A stretch of DNA of 64,000 bases from Girardia tigrina (GCA_001938485.1 MQRK01180300.1:9983-73982); one strand, 5' to 3'; shown: positions 22,456-34,888, numbered from the stretch's first letter. A program made the numbers and translations. Notes: a model not told the origin generated them from the letters alone.

Positions 22456-23624
22456 CAGTGCGTTTCATTTAACAACAGCAGGATACGAAATTTTAACCTT
22501 AAAAAATTGGTTGAATATAATTATCCAATGAAATAACAGTTGAAGATCTTTTAACAATAACATTTACTATAGGAATTTAAGTTACACACACTCACACAAG
22601 TATATACACACAAATACACACATATATACATACACACAAACATCAAAACACACAACATTTTAGGATCATTTAACAATTTAAGGCTCTTTTAACAGCAGTA
22701 TCTCAGAAAAGTTAAAAAAAATGAATTATGAATTGGAAACCATTTCTTCGGCGTCAGACAATAATACTGACCCATCAATAGATGTTTCTCATGAAATTCA
22801 TGCTAAAAAGAAACGAAAATAGTAAGATGTTTAAACTTTTTACTTGATTTATTTCCTCATTTTTCAGAGTTTTTAAGAATGACAGAGAGAATTGTATCGG
22901 CGTACAATAAAGGAAAAGATTATATCAACGAAAATTGACAAGTATTGATCGGTTATCGGAAAATCGATCGATAATTATCGATATTCGATTGACGGGATAC
23001 CGAATTTGGAGACGCTCTTCCCGACGCGGTTTAAAATCGTTTATCCAGCGTGTCGATTCGATTATGAATCGACGATGAAATACCGCCGCCGCCGCCTTTA
23101 ATCGATAGTCGCAACAATATAATCGATTTACCGACGCTCTATCAACAGATAATCGACGACAATCAATCGTTCGATAGGATCGATCCGAGAAATCATCGAT
23201 CATCGAGATTAGTAACGACGACGACGAGGACGAATCGATCAGTTCTCCCGCTGCTCCTTCGCCATCGTCGTCGCCGATTGATCGATTGATAATGCTGCTG
23301 TAAATAAATTCCCAGTTACAATCAACGATTGTGGCCCTAATGAGGACTGGTTCACTTTCTCCGGCGTTGCTCCTCTCGAAGACCGCCGTCGCCGATGTCA
23401 TTATAACAATCGGTTGAAAATAAAATGATATTGCAAAAATGAAATTAATCGACAGTACATAAAATTATATTATAAAATTAAATAACATTCAATTTTATAA
23501 TATAACATTATATAAGTCTTTTGCAATATTTTATAACAGTACATTAAAGCAAAATTATGATTGCTTTTACTGTTATTAAATGTGCACATTCTAACATTTT
23601 GCTGTTGTTAAATGAAACGCACTG
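22456..23624 (+). mobile_element. Nonautonomous Tc1/mariner-superfamily element with perfect 25-bp TIRs, carrying foreign-looking cargo
   Basis: TA|CAGTGCGTTTCATTTAACAACAGCA (22456-22480) and its exact rc at 23600-23624|TA. TTTAACAACAG-like subterminal repeats. ATG 22721...KKKRK, a 46-nt GT-AG intron-like segment (22822-22867), then a D/E-RIVSAYNKGKDY transposase-like HTH start. Confidence 0.9.
22925..23401 (-). CDS. Hypothetical 158-aa ORF spanning the cargo of the TIR element
   Basis: ATG-to-stop open frame covering almost exactly the GC-rich cargo, while all plus frames are interrupted. No recognisable domain; rich in I/D/R/S from ATCGAT-type repeats. Confidence 0.3.
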   Translation of the reverse strand: MTSATAVFERSNAGESEPVLIRATIVDCNWEFIYSSIINRSIGDDDGEGAAGELIDSSSSSSLLISMIDDFSDRSYRTIDCRRLSVDRASVNRLYCCDYRLKAAAAVFHRRFIIESTRWINDFKPRREERLQIRYPVNRISIIIDRFSDNRSILVNFR

Positions 23625-24282
23625 TATTTGTACTGGTCTATTTTGAGTTAAACATGTTTTTCGAATATACAGCTGAATTTTCATAAGTCTGAAAAGGAAT
23701 AAAACCATCGTTGGCAATAAACCTTTGATACCAACATGATTGTATTTCAATCCATTAAATTAAAGACTGAAATTGATTCTGGGAAATATTACAAAGTTTA
23801 ATTAATAATCTATATATTAGTTGTATAAAATGTTACACAATAAAAATGTCCTAGAAATGTCTTTGATTGTCAGATTATTTGTAAATATTTTTTCTGGTTT
23901 AATTCTGACTTTTAATATGGCGATCAAAGAGCATTCTTTTGATGGAAAAACGAGAAAATAAGCTAGATATTGTTTATTAAATTATTTTTTTATTTTATAT
24001 TTTTTTTATATTTACAAATAAAGTATTTGTGTGTGTGTTTAATTGTCATTTTATTTGGACATATATTTTAAGGCTTCATTCCGTCTTTCTGAAGTCCACA
24101 TAGAATTTATCAAGATCGGCGGTTACCAGTGGATCGATTGGGAGGTCGATAACAAATAATTCAATACACACACGGTTTTAATAAAAGTTAAATTTTATGA
24201 TATTTTATTACTATATTATAATATTAATTATAATCTAAATATAATTATTAAAATTGTTTTTGTTTCGTCTCATCATAATTAA

Positions 24283-24497
24283 CACTTTGAGTGCGACTGA
24301 CGCAGACGTCTGCGTCATAAGAGTATTACAGCGGGCGCCAAGTGACGCGTCATATGCTTCATGACCCTATATGATTCCAGCGGCTATCCGAGAAGCCCGC
24401 CCGCAAGCTTTATCTCAAGTTTTTGTCTTGGCTTTAGGAGAAGAAAAAACATCGCGCCATGTCAATGGATTACTAAATTATCACCGCACTCAAAGTG
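24283..24497. mobile_element. piggyBac-like MITE (215 bp)
   Basis: TTAA|CACTTTGAGTGCG ... CGCACTCAAAGTG|TTAA (13-bp perfect TIR); internal 20-bp palindrome TGACGCAGACGTCTGCGTCA. Confidence 0.9.
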
Positions 24498-24844
24498 TTA
24501 AATATGTTTTGATAATATTCAAAATGAAAATACACGAAAATTCAATTTAATCGAAGTATAAGACTATTATTTATTTACTGAATCCATGCAAAACTTTGTT
24601 TACTTGCTTATTTATTTTTTTTATATTTTAAATATTATTGTTGTTTAATAACTCATAAATTTTGAATTCTTGTTAACATCTTTTGGTTTATCTAATTAAT
24701 TTTAATGATTTTTAGACTCGTATTACACGACAAGACTTTTTATTTCAAAGATTTTTTATGTTTAATTAAATAATTTAAGACAATAATATTCGAGTTTATT
24801 TATTATTATGAAATAAAAGAAGTTTTTAACAATGTCTTCCTAAT

Positions 24845-25010
24845 AATTAAAATATAATGAAATCATTTGGAATTCATTACATAGTGTGAATAAAAAGTCA
24901 TTGGAAGCCATAAGAAAAATAGAGAACGAAATTTATCATCAAATCCACTTGAGGATATGCTCACTCATGAACCTAATTTCGAAGAACCTCTAAAAAAGAA
25001 ATTTCTACAC
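24845..25010 (+). mobile_element. Possible Penelope ORF N-terminal remnant
   Basis: AIRKIENEIY / HQIHLRICSLMNLISKNL resembles the PLE N-terminal pattern RK.E...H..FL..C....LIPK.L. Confidence 0.35.
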
Positions 25011-25859
25011 AATTTCCATCAGATTTTTCTTTGATTCAAATCAGAAACCTCAATATTATTTTTTGAGGTTATTAAATAACTGAAATGGCTACTAGTAAAA
25101 TACTTATCTGTATAGTGGGAAGAAAAACCAAATAATTAAATAATATCAGCGTCCAAACTTCAAGGCGACTAAACATCCAGCTTCGGAGAAACATATTTTC
25201 ACATTTGTCTTATTAGTTTGATAAAATAAACCACACACACATACACATCCAATTACATTCACACATTTAACACAAAATCCAATCATATATATTTTCCTCT
25301 CCCTCAATCATACAACTCGATTTCACTCCCATTGGTCGATTCAAATTAAACAATGTCAAACAACAATCGATCACCAAATCACGAGAATTACGCAAACCGA
25401 ATAATTTTTATTTTAATAAAATGATTGAATATATTTTTGATAATTAATAATTCGATGTATTGGGTTTTGTTTTAATTAATAACTTTGTCCTTGTCTTCAT
25501 CTCCCTTTTTACAAAAATAACCGACCTTGATTGTGTGGTGCAACACTTTTTATTATTATAATTATTATAAATATTTCATTTGTTTAAATATTTCAATAAT
25601 TATTTATTTTTGTAACTTAATTTATTTAAAAATGAACAAAATTTTTAAATTGAAAATCATTTAAAATTTTTTAAAGAATCTATTTTAATTAATTCAAAAT
25701 AAAATTGACAGGACAAATTTATCCGAAAAAAACAAATTTCTAATTTTCTATAAAGGAAATTCTCTTTGATTTATTTATTTATTTGTCCATAAATAAGTGA
25801 ATAAAATCGAAAATTAAAACATGCTGTTTATGTATATTTATACATACCAAAATCATAAG

Positions 25860-26975
25860 CAAACACCATGAAAAAATGAAGTAAGGTTTTTGAAAAAAAT
25901 TTAATTATTTAAGTTATCAATTTTATTTCACTTTTAATTATTTAATTATATATTATTTAATTTATTTATGTTTTTTCCCAAACTGAAAAAATATTCAGTC
26001 AATTATTTAATTTTCCGATCCAAGATGTTTATTGAACTCTCCTTTAACAATGCTTCAAAAGTAGCAATCAAATGGATTATGATCTGGGGAGTTGTATTGT
26101 CAGAAGAGTTGTAGGGGCCAATTATTATGGTTTACATGGTCATGAAAATTCCAGCCATCTATTCCTGTGCTTTTTAAGCCTTATGAATTTGGTCAGAGTC
26201 CTGCTGGAATACATAAGGCCTTTCATTTTAAACACTTTCATTCAAGGGCAAAACTTCTCGAAACTTCTAAAACGTCAATATAGAGAGCTGCGTTAGTTTG
26301 AAGCCCTTGGGGAATGATATAAAGACGCACTTAATATATATAATATGAAGATGCGCCATAATAACATATTTTGTGTACATAACTATTGTAATATCAGTAT
26401 GGTCTTTACATAACCACCTATCATTTCGTCTGTTAAACTTTTGATCTTGGTCAAAGTTTTTCTCTTCTAAAAAAAAGCAAATCACATCTTCCTCTGCTAG
26501 ATTTTTAAATTTGTTCAAGAACCTTTTTCATCTGATTTGGAGATTTTCCTTTGTTTTTGCAGACATAAATTATACTTTCCTCGTCACATAAGACTTATAA
26601 CGGGTATCATTATGCAATGCATTTGTTCCTTCTGAAACATGTAATTCTTTTGCAAGTGACATTATCAATTTTTCAGGATTTTATCTATGGTTTCTTGAAC
26701 TTGCTTTATTTAGGTATTTTGATTATTCTACTTATGTCTTGATACTGGTGATACGCTTCGATTTTAGGCCTCCAACGTTTAACGAACTTTTTAGACGAAA
26801 ATTCTAACGGCTTTTAAAAATTGCGATAATTCGAAATCGTTATGCTCAACCTTCAATGTCACAATTTTAGTAGGCCTTTTCATTACCTGTCCTTACTATT
26901 ACACGACTCTACAAAGAAAGAAAAAAGATGTAATAAAATACAGAAAAAGTTGGAACATTTCTTTCACGGACAACG
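25860..26975 (-). mobile_element. Tc1/mariner DD37D (maT-like) element, decayed
   Basis: FFLEEKNFDQDQKFNRRNDRWLCKD...IVMYTKY and WP...NSPDHNPFD; ends approximate. Confidence 0.75.
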
Positions 26976-27329
26976 CATCACTGAAGAGGATTACTTGGAA
27001 CAAGCCTGTTCAAGATGGAAATCAAAAATAAAATTTTGAATTGGAATTAAAAATTCCAATTCCAATAAATTATATATGTATATTTACATAAAAAATTAAT
27101 TAATGTTAAAAATTAAAAAGGAAAGAAAATACTTTAAAATTATTTTAGTTAACTTGAAGTGAAAATTATATGTTAATTGATAAAAAGAGGGGAAAAAACC
27201 TCATAAAAAAGGTTATGATTACATGTGTTTGTTTTATTAAATTATTTATTATTAAAAATTTTGATATATAATAAAATAGATATAATAAACTATTGATCGA
27301 CTTTTAATTATTATATTAAAATATTGAAA

Positions 27330-27635
27330 ATGGAAATAGCTCGTCAGCAATCCGCATTCGATTTATTAGAAATTACTTCTAAAAAGAAATTTGATCAAAA
27401 TATGATTTATTCTCCTTTGGGTATTTAAATAGCGCGGGGAATGACTCTTCGCGGAGCCAAAAGAGAAACAGTTTCAGAAATGATGAACACTCTCCATTGG
27501 GACACAAAATCTTCGGATTTGTTTCACAAGCAGTTGTCGGAATGTATCAAATTCTGTAATGTTATGGAGGCCGACCGAGGAACAATATAAATTGCTAATA
27601 GATCATTTCTAGATGAAAATATTCTTCTGGACGTT
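27330..27635 (+). pseudogene. Serpin N-terminal pseudogene fragment
   Basis: MEIARQQSAFDLLE...NMIYSPLGI*IARGMTLRGAKRETVSEMMNTLH...TI*IANRSF, matching serpin F..L...N...SP.....L.M...GA...T..E...L and IAN motifs. In-frame TAA at 27426 and 27588. Confidence 0.8.
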
Positions 27636-27769
27636 GTGACAATAAATGTCGGTGGTCATATTTTTTTAAATTTTTGAAGATGTCTTATTTTGGAGTGCGT
27701 TCCGATGGGCCCGAACGTTGACCATTTCGTTCCCAATAAAAGTAATTTTAAAGTATTTCCAAAGCTCTT

Positions 27770-27885
27770 CAAAAGTTTTTTGACCTGAAAAAGCCAGAGT
27801 TATACCGCCGTGAAATTCGATTATTGCAGACTCGTTGAAGAAGAATAATCGAAAGTAAAGACGATTACATTAATGAAAATGACCC
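27770..27885 (+). mobile_element. Mariner transposase C-terminal fragment
   Basis: FFDLKKPELYRREIRLLQTR*RRIIESKDDYI fits FF..K...FY..GI..L..RW..VI...G.Y. Confidence 0.6.
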
Positions 27886-28683
27886 CTTATTATTGTAAAA
27901 ATTTACTTTAATTATCTGATAAAACTTTTGTTCCAATCTCAAACAATTGATACAATCTTTGAAAAAAAACATTAAAAAGGAATTGGAGCGGAGAATTGCC
28001 AATTTTGACAGAACATTTATTTTTGCCAGTCTCAGTATATAAATAAAAATATATAATTAAATAATTAAATTAATAAAATAAAAAACTAATTTAAATTAAG
28101 AAATTAAAAAGAAATTAAGTAAATAAAATCAAATAAATTAAAAAATTAAATTAAATTAAAAGTGAAAAAAAGTAATAATTTTAAAAACGATTCAAGTAAT
28201 AATTATATTCACGAATTTCCTTATCTTTTTGATAAAATTTCCCAATTCAAAGGTACGTCATGCACATAATTAAGTCACAAATATAAATATCTAAATAAAA
28301 ATAGATAGGCAATTTATTCTTAGTTATGTCAAGCATACAGACAAACACATTGTGGTGTCATAAAGTCCGTAAACTGGTAAATTGCAATAACTAAATGGTG
28401 AGCCTCATTTTCTATTTTATGATGAAATGATTGCAAGTAAGTTGATGTGTTTGTAATGTAATGTCTGTATGTATGTATGTTGATATGATGAATGTAATTT
28501 GTAATGATTGGTGAATGTCTGTTTGTTGTGTGTGTGTGTGAGGAGTTTTGTTTTGTGAATTGTTCTCACAATTAAGTTTTCAATTGAAAACAATTTAAAA
28601 AATAAAAGGTGTTTCGTGTTTGCTCTGTTTTGAACAATTTAAAAAATATTTGAATAAAAAAAGGGTATCGTAAAAAAATATAA

Positions 28684-29316
28684 ATGTCATTGGTATTAAA
28701 TTCAAAGGAAATTGATCATATTCTTAAACGTTTAAAGGTTACCGATAAAATTGCAAAGGAAACAAAAATATATTATTCCGACCTGTCTTATCCTTTGCGT
28801 GTGTTTTGTGAGAGAATAAATGTCTCTGCTGTCAATTTTCTGATTGGAAAGGGTGCCGATCTTAATTCTGATGGCTTACACCACCGGAGACCGTTGTGGT
28901 GGGCGGTTTGGAATCAGAACGAGCAAATAGTTCAATCATTGGTGAATAAAAATTGCGAAATAAATTTTGTCGATAAAGAAACTGGCCTCACACCATTAGA
29001 TCTTGCGGTTTCTTATACAAACTATCGAATTTGTCAACTGTTATTGAGCGCCGGTGCAACTTATTACCCTCACAACCTTTTATATTGCTTCGTTGAGAAT
29101 TATCTAAGTATCAATGACGATAAATTTAAAAACAGTAATTATCCTAAACAAAATAATCTTCCAAATATCGATATTATTGCATGTTGTGAAGATACTGAGA
29201 ATATAAAAGATTCTGATGACCAAAATAATTCCGTAAAAATCGATTTAACAATTTCCAGCGATACTAAGACTGTATGTGTTAGTGAAGACTCTTGTGAATT
29301 TGAATTGTGTAAATGA
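28684..29316 (+). CDS. Ankyrin-repeat protein (about 3 repeats), single-exon ORF, 210 aa
   Basis: PLRVFCERINVSAVNFLIGKGADLN; RPLWWAVWNQNEQIVQSLVNKNCEIN; GLTPLDLAVSYTNYRICQLLLSAGA. AAAATATAAATG start context; TG-rich upstream leader. Confidence 0.85.
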   Translation: MSLVLNSKEIDHILKRLKVTDKIAKETKIYYSDLSYPLRVFCERINVSAVNFLIGKGADLNSDGLHHRRPLWWAVWNQNEQIVQSLVNKNCEINFVDKETGLTPLDLAVSYTNYRICQLLLSAGATYYPHNLLYCFVENYLSINDDKFKNSNYPKQNNLPNIDIIACCEDTENIKDSDDQNNSVKIDLTISSDTKTVCVSEDSCEFELCK

Positions 29317-30699
29317 AATGGAATTCCGCTCATTGTTTTGCTCAAAAAAATGAAGAGCACCTTTCAACCGACATGTAAAATGAGAAATAATTATTCTCAG
29401 CCTAAAATATCGTGGAGACACGGCTTCCTGTCCAGGAATTTTTAATTCTTATTTATTTCACCTAAAAACCCTAGAAAAACCACAAAACATAAATAAAAAA
29501 TATTTTACCAAAACAAAGAATAAAATTAAGAATAAATAGAAATTATAGAAATTAATTTCATTATTTATTGTGTTTTTCTAATTGATAATTTTCTTCTAAT
29601 TTTACTTAATGAAATAATGAATTTATAAATGAATAAATTATATTCTCTATTTCAATTTATTAATAATAAAATTACAAATTGCACTAAATTTTCGAATGAT
29701 TTTATTTTCTAATGGAAAATAATTCAGTGGAAGTTCTCAACGACTCTAAAGCATTCCACAGACATTGAAAAACGAATTTTTATTAATTCAAACTAAACTT
29801 AATGAATTACTAATTAAATTTAAATTAGTTCTCCAACTCATCCAAAACAAATCAATTAAAGATATAATTTTTTCAATCAAATTTTTACTAGAAATCTGTT
29901 TTAATGACACTTAATAAAACATTTTTTTCATATGGAAATAGTTTTTTCTCTCTATTTTTCTTGTTGAAAAAAGATTTACATATTTATAAATATTTTTGTA
30001 TCAAAAGAAGAAGATTTTAAAAAAAATTGTTTTTAATAATAACCCTATCATATCAAAAATGCAAAAAACAATCATGAAGATTTAAAAAGAGAACTGAAAG
30101 AATTAATTAAATAACGTACGAACTCTCTGATTATTTTTTTTTCTTTTTTAATATTTCTTTTATTTTAATTTGATAAATTTAAAAACAAACATCCTTTGAT
30201 CGTGCTGTTAGTGAAAAAGAACGAAGATTTTGTTTAATAAAAATGACAAAAATAAACGTATTCATTATTTTGTTTAGTAATTAAATAAAATAGTATTTGT
30301 GTTTTTATTTTTGATGTCTTATTTTATATATAATATTTTTGATGAAGTTTTATTTTTTAAGTTTAAAATATTTTTTTTGGATAAATCTTATTTCGTTTTA
30401 AAATTAAAGTATATAATTTTATTTTTATTTATTTTTATTATTTATCAGATTATATTTATGAAAAATATTTAGCTTATTGAATTAAAAAAAATATAAAAAA
30501 AATAAATTACGTATTTCAATCTAATTTACATCTAAGACTCGGTATAAAATAAAACATTCTCAATGTTCTAACAAATTTTATGCTGAACAAAATTTATTAC
30601 TAGTACAAAAAGAAGTTATGCATTATTTGTCAATTTAAATAAAGAAATAAAAAAATAAAAAATTTAAAAAAATCAAAAATAAGAAATTACTTTTAAAAT

Positions 30700-31740
30700 T
30701 TTACTTTGATTGGCAATACCTTTACGCCATCTGTGCAAGGGATCATTCCACGCAGCAGCAAATAAACTGTTGATTCTGGGATGTTATATATTTTGAAATA
30801 TATCCCTTGAGATCATCTTCATACGAAGAGTGATACTCTATTAGGTATTTTTTTAGACGGTTGAATAGGTAAAAATCGTTGGTAGGATTATAGGGGGAGT
30901 GTATCAGGCTGACAAAACCACATTTGATGATTGTTTCTTGTGAAATTTGTGCGGAATGATTAGATGCGTTTTCAATAAATCATCAAAGTAGAGTGTATGG
31001 AGCTCTGCGTTTATTACTTTTGCACCGAGTAATAAGGGTACAATAGTTTTCGCATTGATGGTACTACCTTTTGAGTAGAAATCCAAACTGAAAGCCCAAT
31101 TTCGTGACCAGAATACAGAAGGCATGAATTTTTGTCTGTGAGAATGTCAACTTCACATCTTGAGTGGAAACCTCTCATCTTTACAACTCCATGCAGCAGA
31201 CTTTTTCCTGGTCTCAGGAAGGTATATTTAAAATGAGGTCTCTTCTTGAGAAATAATATTGCCAAGGAAAGAAAACCACCAATGGTCAGAACTTGACAGG
31301 TTGACTTGATGTGATCGAAGGTGCACCTCTTTCATCTCTGGAGTCAAAAGCTTCAGCACAAATATTCTAAATAATTTTCTGTATTCTAGGTCTGTTAATG
31401 GTTTGGTGAAACTTAATACCTCGACAGTTAAATGTCGCGGTAATAAGTGTCCGCACATCCTGTTAACATATTATCTCATTTTCAGTTGGACATTCCATTT
31501 TTTTTCTCATCTAAGATTTCAGTATGTCTCCTTCGCCGACATTATTCAGTGATCCCTTGCCTTCTTGAACTTCTTGAGCCAAAAATAATTGATATCGCTG
31601 GATTGATAATCTACTCCATAAATATTTTCTATGTCTCTCATGGTTTCGTCTGAACCTCTTCCAAATTTATAGTTTCATTCTATGACGCTGTGTTACTCTG
31701 CCTTTTCTATTTTTCTTTAAAATTCAGCCGACTAAAATAA
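30700..31740 (-). mobile_element. Decayed mariner (irritans-like)
   Basis: MPSVFW...LDFYSKGSTINA; ENASNHSAQISQETIIKCGFVSLIHSPYNP..DFYLFNRLKKYL; ends approximate. Confidence 0.7.
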
Positions 31741-31822
31741 ACAAAAGTGATCAATTAGAACGAATATTTATTTAATTGTTAGAACACAGAATTTTTCATT
31801 TTATGTCAAGTCTAAGTATTTA

Positions 31823-32959
31823 TTAGGTGTGTAACTTAGTTTTTTGGATTTTCTAAGAGATGGTGTAATCTTTGTAATAATCATTATTTTACAGTCGTAG
31901 GTACAGATTTTAAAGTGCTGAAATCGAGACATTAAAATTAAGTAGGTCATTGACCTTAAATGAGTCATAAACATATTTTTAATCACGTTTTAGCATGACA
32001 ACTTTCATACCAACAAAACAGCATTTGCGGGAAGTACTACTGTTTTGCTTTAATCAAAAGAAAAAAGCTGCAGACAGTTTTCNNNNNNNNNNNNNNNNNN
32101 NNNNNNNNNNNNNNNNNNNNNNNNNNNNNNNNNNNNNNNNNNNNNNNNNNNNNNNNNNNNNNNNNNNNNNNNNNNNNNNNNNNNNNNNNNNNNNNNNNNN
32201 NNNNNNNNNNNNNNNNNNNNNNNNNNNNNNNNNNNNNNNNNNNNNNNNNNNNNNNNNNNNNNNNNNNNNNNNNNNNNNNNNNNNNNNNNNNNNNNNNNNN
32301 NNNNNNNNNNNNNNNNNNNNNNNNNNNNNNNNNNNNNNNNNNNNNNNNNNNNNNNNNNNNNNNNNNNNNNNNNNNNNNNNNNNNNNNNNNNNNNNNNNNN
32401 NNNNNNNNNNNNNNNNNNNNNNNNNNNNNNNNNNNNNNNNNNNNNNNNNNNNNNNNNNNNNNNNNNNNNNNNNNNNNNNNNNNNNNNNNNNNNNNNNNNN
32501 NNNNNNNNNNNNNNNNNNNNNNNNNNNNNNNNNNNNNNNNNNNNNNNNNNNNNNNNNNNNNNNNNNNNNNNNNNNNNNNNNNNNNNNNNNNNNNNNNNNN
32601 NNNNNNNNNNNNNNNNNNNNNNNNNNNNNNNNNNNNNNNNNNNNNNNNNNNNNNNNNNNNNNNNNNNNNNNNNNNNNNNNNNNNNNNNNNNNNNNNNNNN
32701 NNNNNNNNNNNNNNNNNNNNNNNNNNNNNNNNNNNNNNNNNNNNNNNNNNNNNNNNNNNNNNNNNNNNNNNNNNNNNNACAATGGATCGCATCAAAAGAC
32801 CAAAACTTTTTTTCGATGGAATTCATAATTTGCCTGAAAGATGGTCGAAAGTCATAATTAACGATGGAAAATATTTTGATTATAATAAAACTTATTACGT
32901 CATATAAATAAACTTGTCTGTTCTGCAAAAAAATCCAAAAAACTAAGTTATACACCTAA
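31823..32959 (+). mobile_element. Mariner (mauritiana-like); core hidden by gap 32083-32778
   Basis: TA-flanked TIRs TTAGGTGT(G/A)TAACTTAGTTTTTTGGATTTT; MTTFIPTKQHLREVLLFCFNQKKKAADS ... FFFDGIHNLPERWSKVIINDGKYFD. Confidence 0.92.
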
Positions 32960-34329
32960 TATAAATCGAATTACTTGTATATTTCAAGAAACATTTCCTT
33001 CGTTCAAAAGGACTTCCACTAAATTCCTAATCAAAATCTATATTCTCTCTTCTTTAATCAACTGATATTGACAAACTCGGGAAAGGGTTCCATTTCGAAA
33101 ACTTTCCTTAATCACATATTCAAAATGTTTTGTTGTTATATTGACTCACTATGCAGTAAACTAGTTGCTATTATACAATATAATCATAAACGAAGCATTG
33201 TTACTGTTTCAAGCATTATTCCATTTATGACAATCTGGTTAAAACCTTTGCAATAGTCTGGTAGAAAATAAAAACATCGAAACATTCACATAAAATTTAA
33301 GAGAACAAAATTATGAAGAGAAATACAAAAATATAAATTATCATTAATATTTTCTTTTTGTATGTTCTTTCTAAACTTTTAATTTCCTGAAATGAAATTC
33401 TCATTGCTAGCATCAATAGTTTATATACATTAAAAGTTTACAAAATTTGTTTTATTTTAAAATTTGATACAATTTCACAAAAAAATATAAAATGTTTGAA
33501 AAAGTTTTGTTCTATTTGATTTATAAACATTCGTTTAATAAAACCTTATTTTAAAATAATCAGAACAAGAATAAATTATACATTTTATACTCTAAATTTA
33601 TTTACTCTAATTTTATATTCTTCAAAAACAGTCCAGTAATGTTTTAATTTTTTTCATTTCTGAAATAATTATTATTGGGAAAAAAAGAAAAAGTCGTTTA
33701 AGTCGGTGTTATTATTATCTTAAACTTTAAGAAAAATATAAAACAACATGCTTTTAATACTTAGAATGCTTAGAAAGGCTTGAGATCTTAAAATCTGTAC
33801 TACTTTGCACTTTAATAGTTGATGTATAATGAAACCTTTAGTATGATGAGGTTGACAGTTGTTATATTAATATATAAAATTTATTTTTAACATAATAAAC
33901 GTTTCATGGGGATATATCATAAAATTTATTATTGATTTAACTAATTAGAGTAGTTTTTACTATTGCATTGTCGAAAAAGGAAGCTGTTAAATCTAATTTT
34001 CAATTCATATGTACATTTAATGTTTGATAGGTAAGACAGATGTAAACGTTATCAGTAATTTTAAAATTCTAGGGGACGATGAAACCTAATCATATTTATC
34101 TATGTTTTGATGGATTGGTTACTTGAAAAGTGAGAAAGGACAAATTTTTGTATTTCTAAAACATCAGAACATCCTACTATGAATTTTTGTAAAGTCAAAG
34201 TTGAAAGAGCAAATTTTCAAGTGTTTTTCATTAATTCATTGCCTTTTATTGGAAAAAAACCTTATCAATCGAGTAAATACTTCTAAAAACTCCATAATCT
34301 TGAAAGTCCGTTGAAGCTGATAAAGATAC

Positions 34330-34675
34330 GATAAAGTTCATGGGTGCGTAAACATTTTGCCGTTGACGGCCACAAAGCAAAAAATGTTCTGGTACCACGG
34401 CCGTATGAATTTCAAAGCGATTATTGGCCATGTGTAGCTGGCTTACCGCAAATGTGGGCGCACACACTGACAAGACGCTATTACTTACCATAACCCATGA
34501 GACTGCACAAAAATTTGATATATATGACCGCTTTACACATTAAAATTTCATGTTTAAATGTTAATTAGTGTTTAAAAATTTAATTTAATGATTGAATTCT
34601 TACACTTCTCCACGGCCACACAACGTTTCTCACGCGACCGCATGCGACCGTACGGCCGCAGGTTGCGCACCTCTG
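34330..34675 (-). mobile_element. hAT (Charlie/Buster-type) terminus
   Basis: Minus strand CAGAGGTGCGCAACCTGCGGCCGTACGGTCGCATGCGGTCG, with adjacent 8-mer catTAgtt. The other end was not found; the left bound is approximate. Confidence 0.7.
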
Positions 34676-34785
34676 CATTAGTTGATGCAAACCTATGAAT
34701 AACAACACGTGAGATCGCTGAGAGGTTAAATTTATCGAATTCAACTGTTTATGATCACGTGGAAGGCCTAAGTTTAACCTTGAAG

Positions 34786-34847
<62 letters not shown>

Positions 34848-34888
34848 TTCGAAAATATAATTTCATTAAAGCTTTTTTTTATATAATT

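Noticed and set aside
12115-25363. Exact 16-mer AAACAATGTCAAACAA at 12115 and 25348
   Set aside because: Matches of this length are expected by chance in such AT-rich DNA, and the flanks do not align.
27330-29316. Serpin plus ankyrin as a poxvirus-like endogenous viral element
   Set aside because: No viral core genes and low gene density; both families are common in animals.
31995-32955. Long ORFs in several frames
   Set aside because: Artefacts of the N-gap; only the mariner frame is meaningful.
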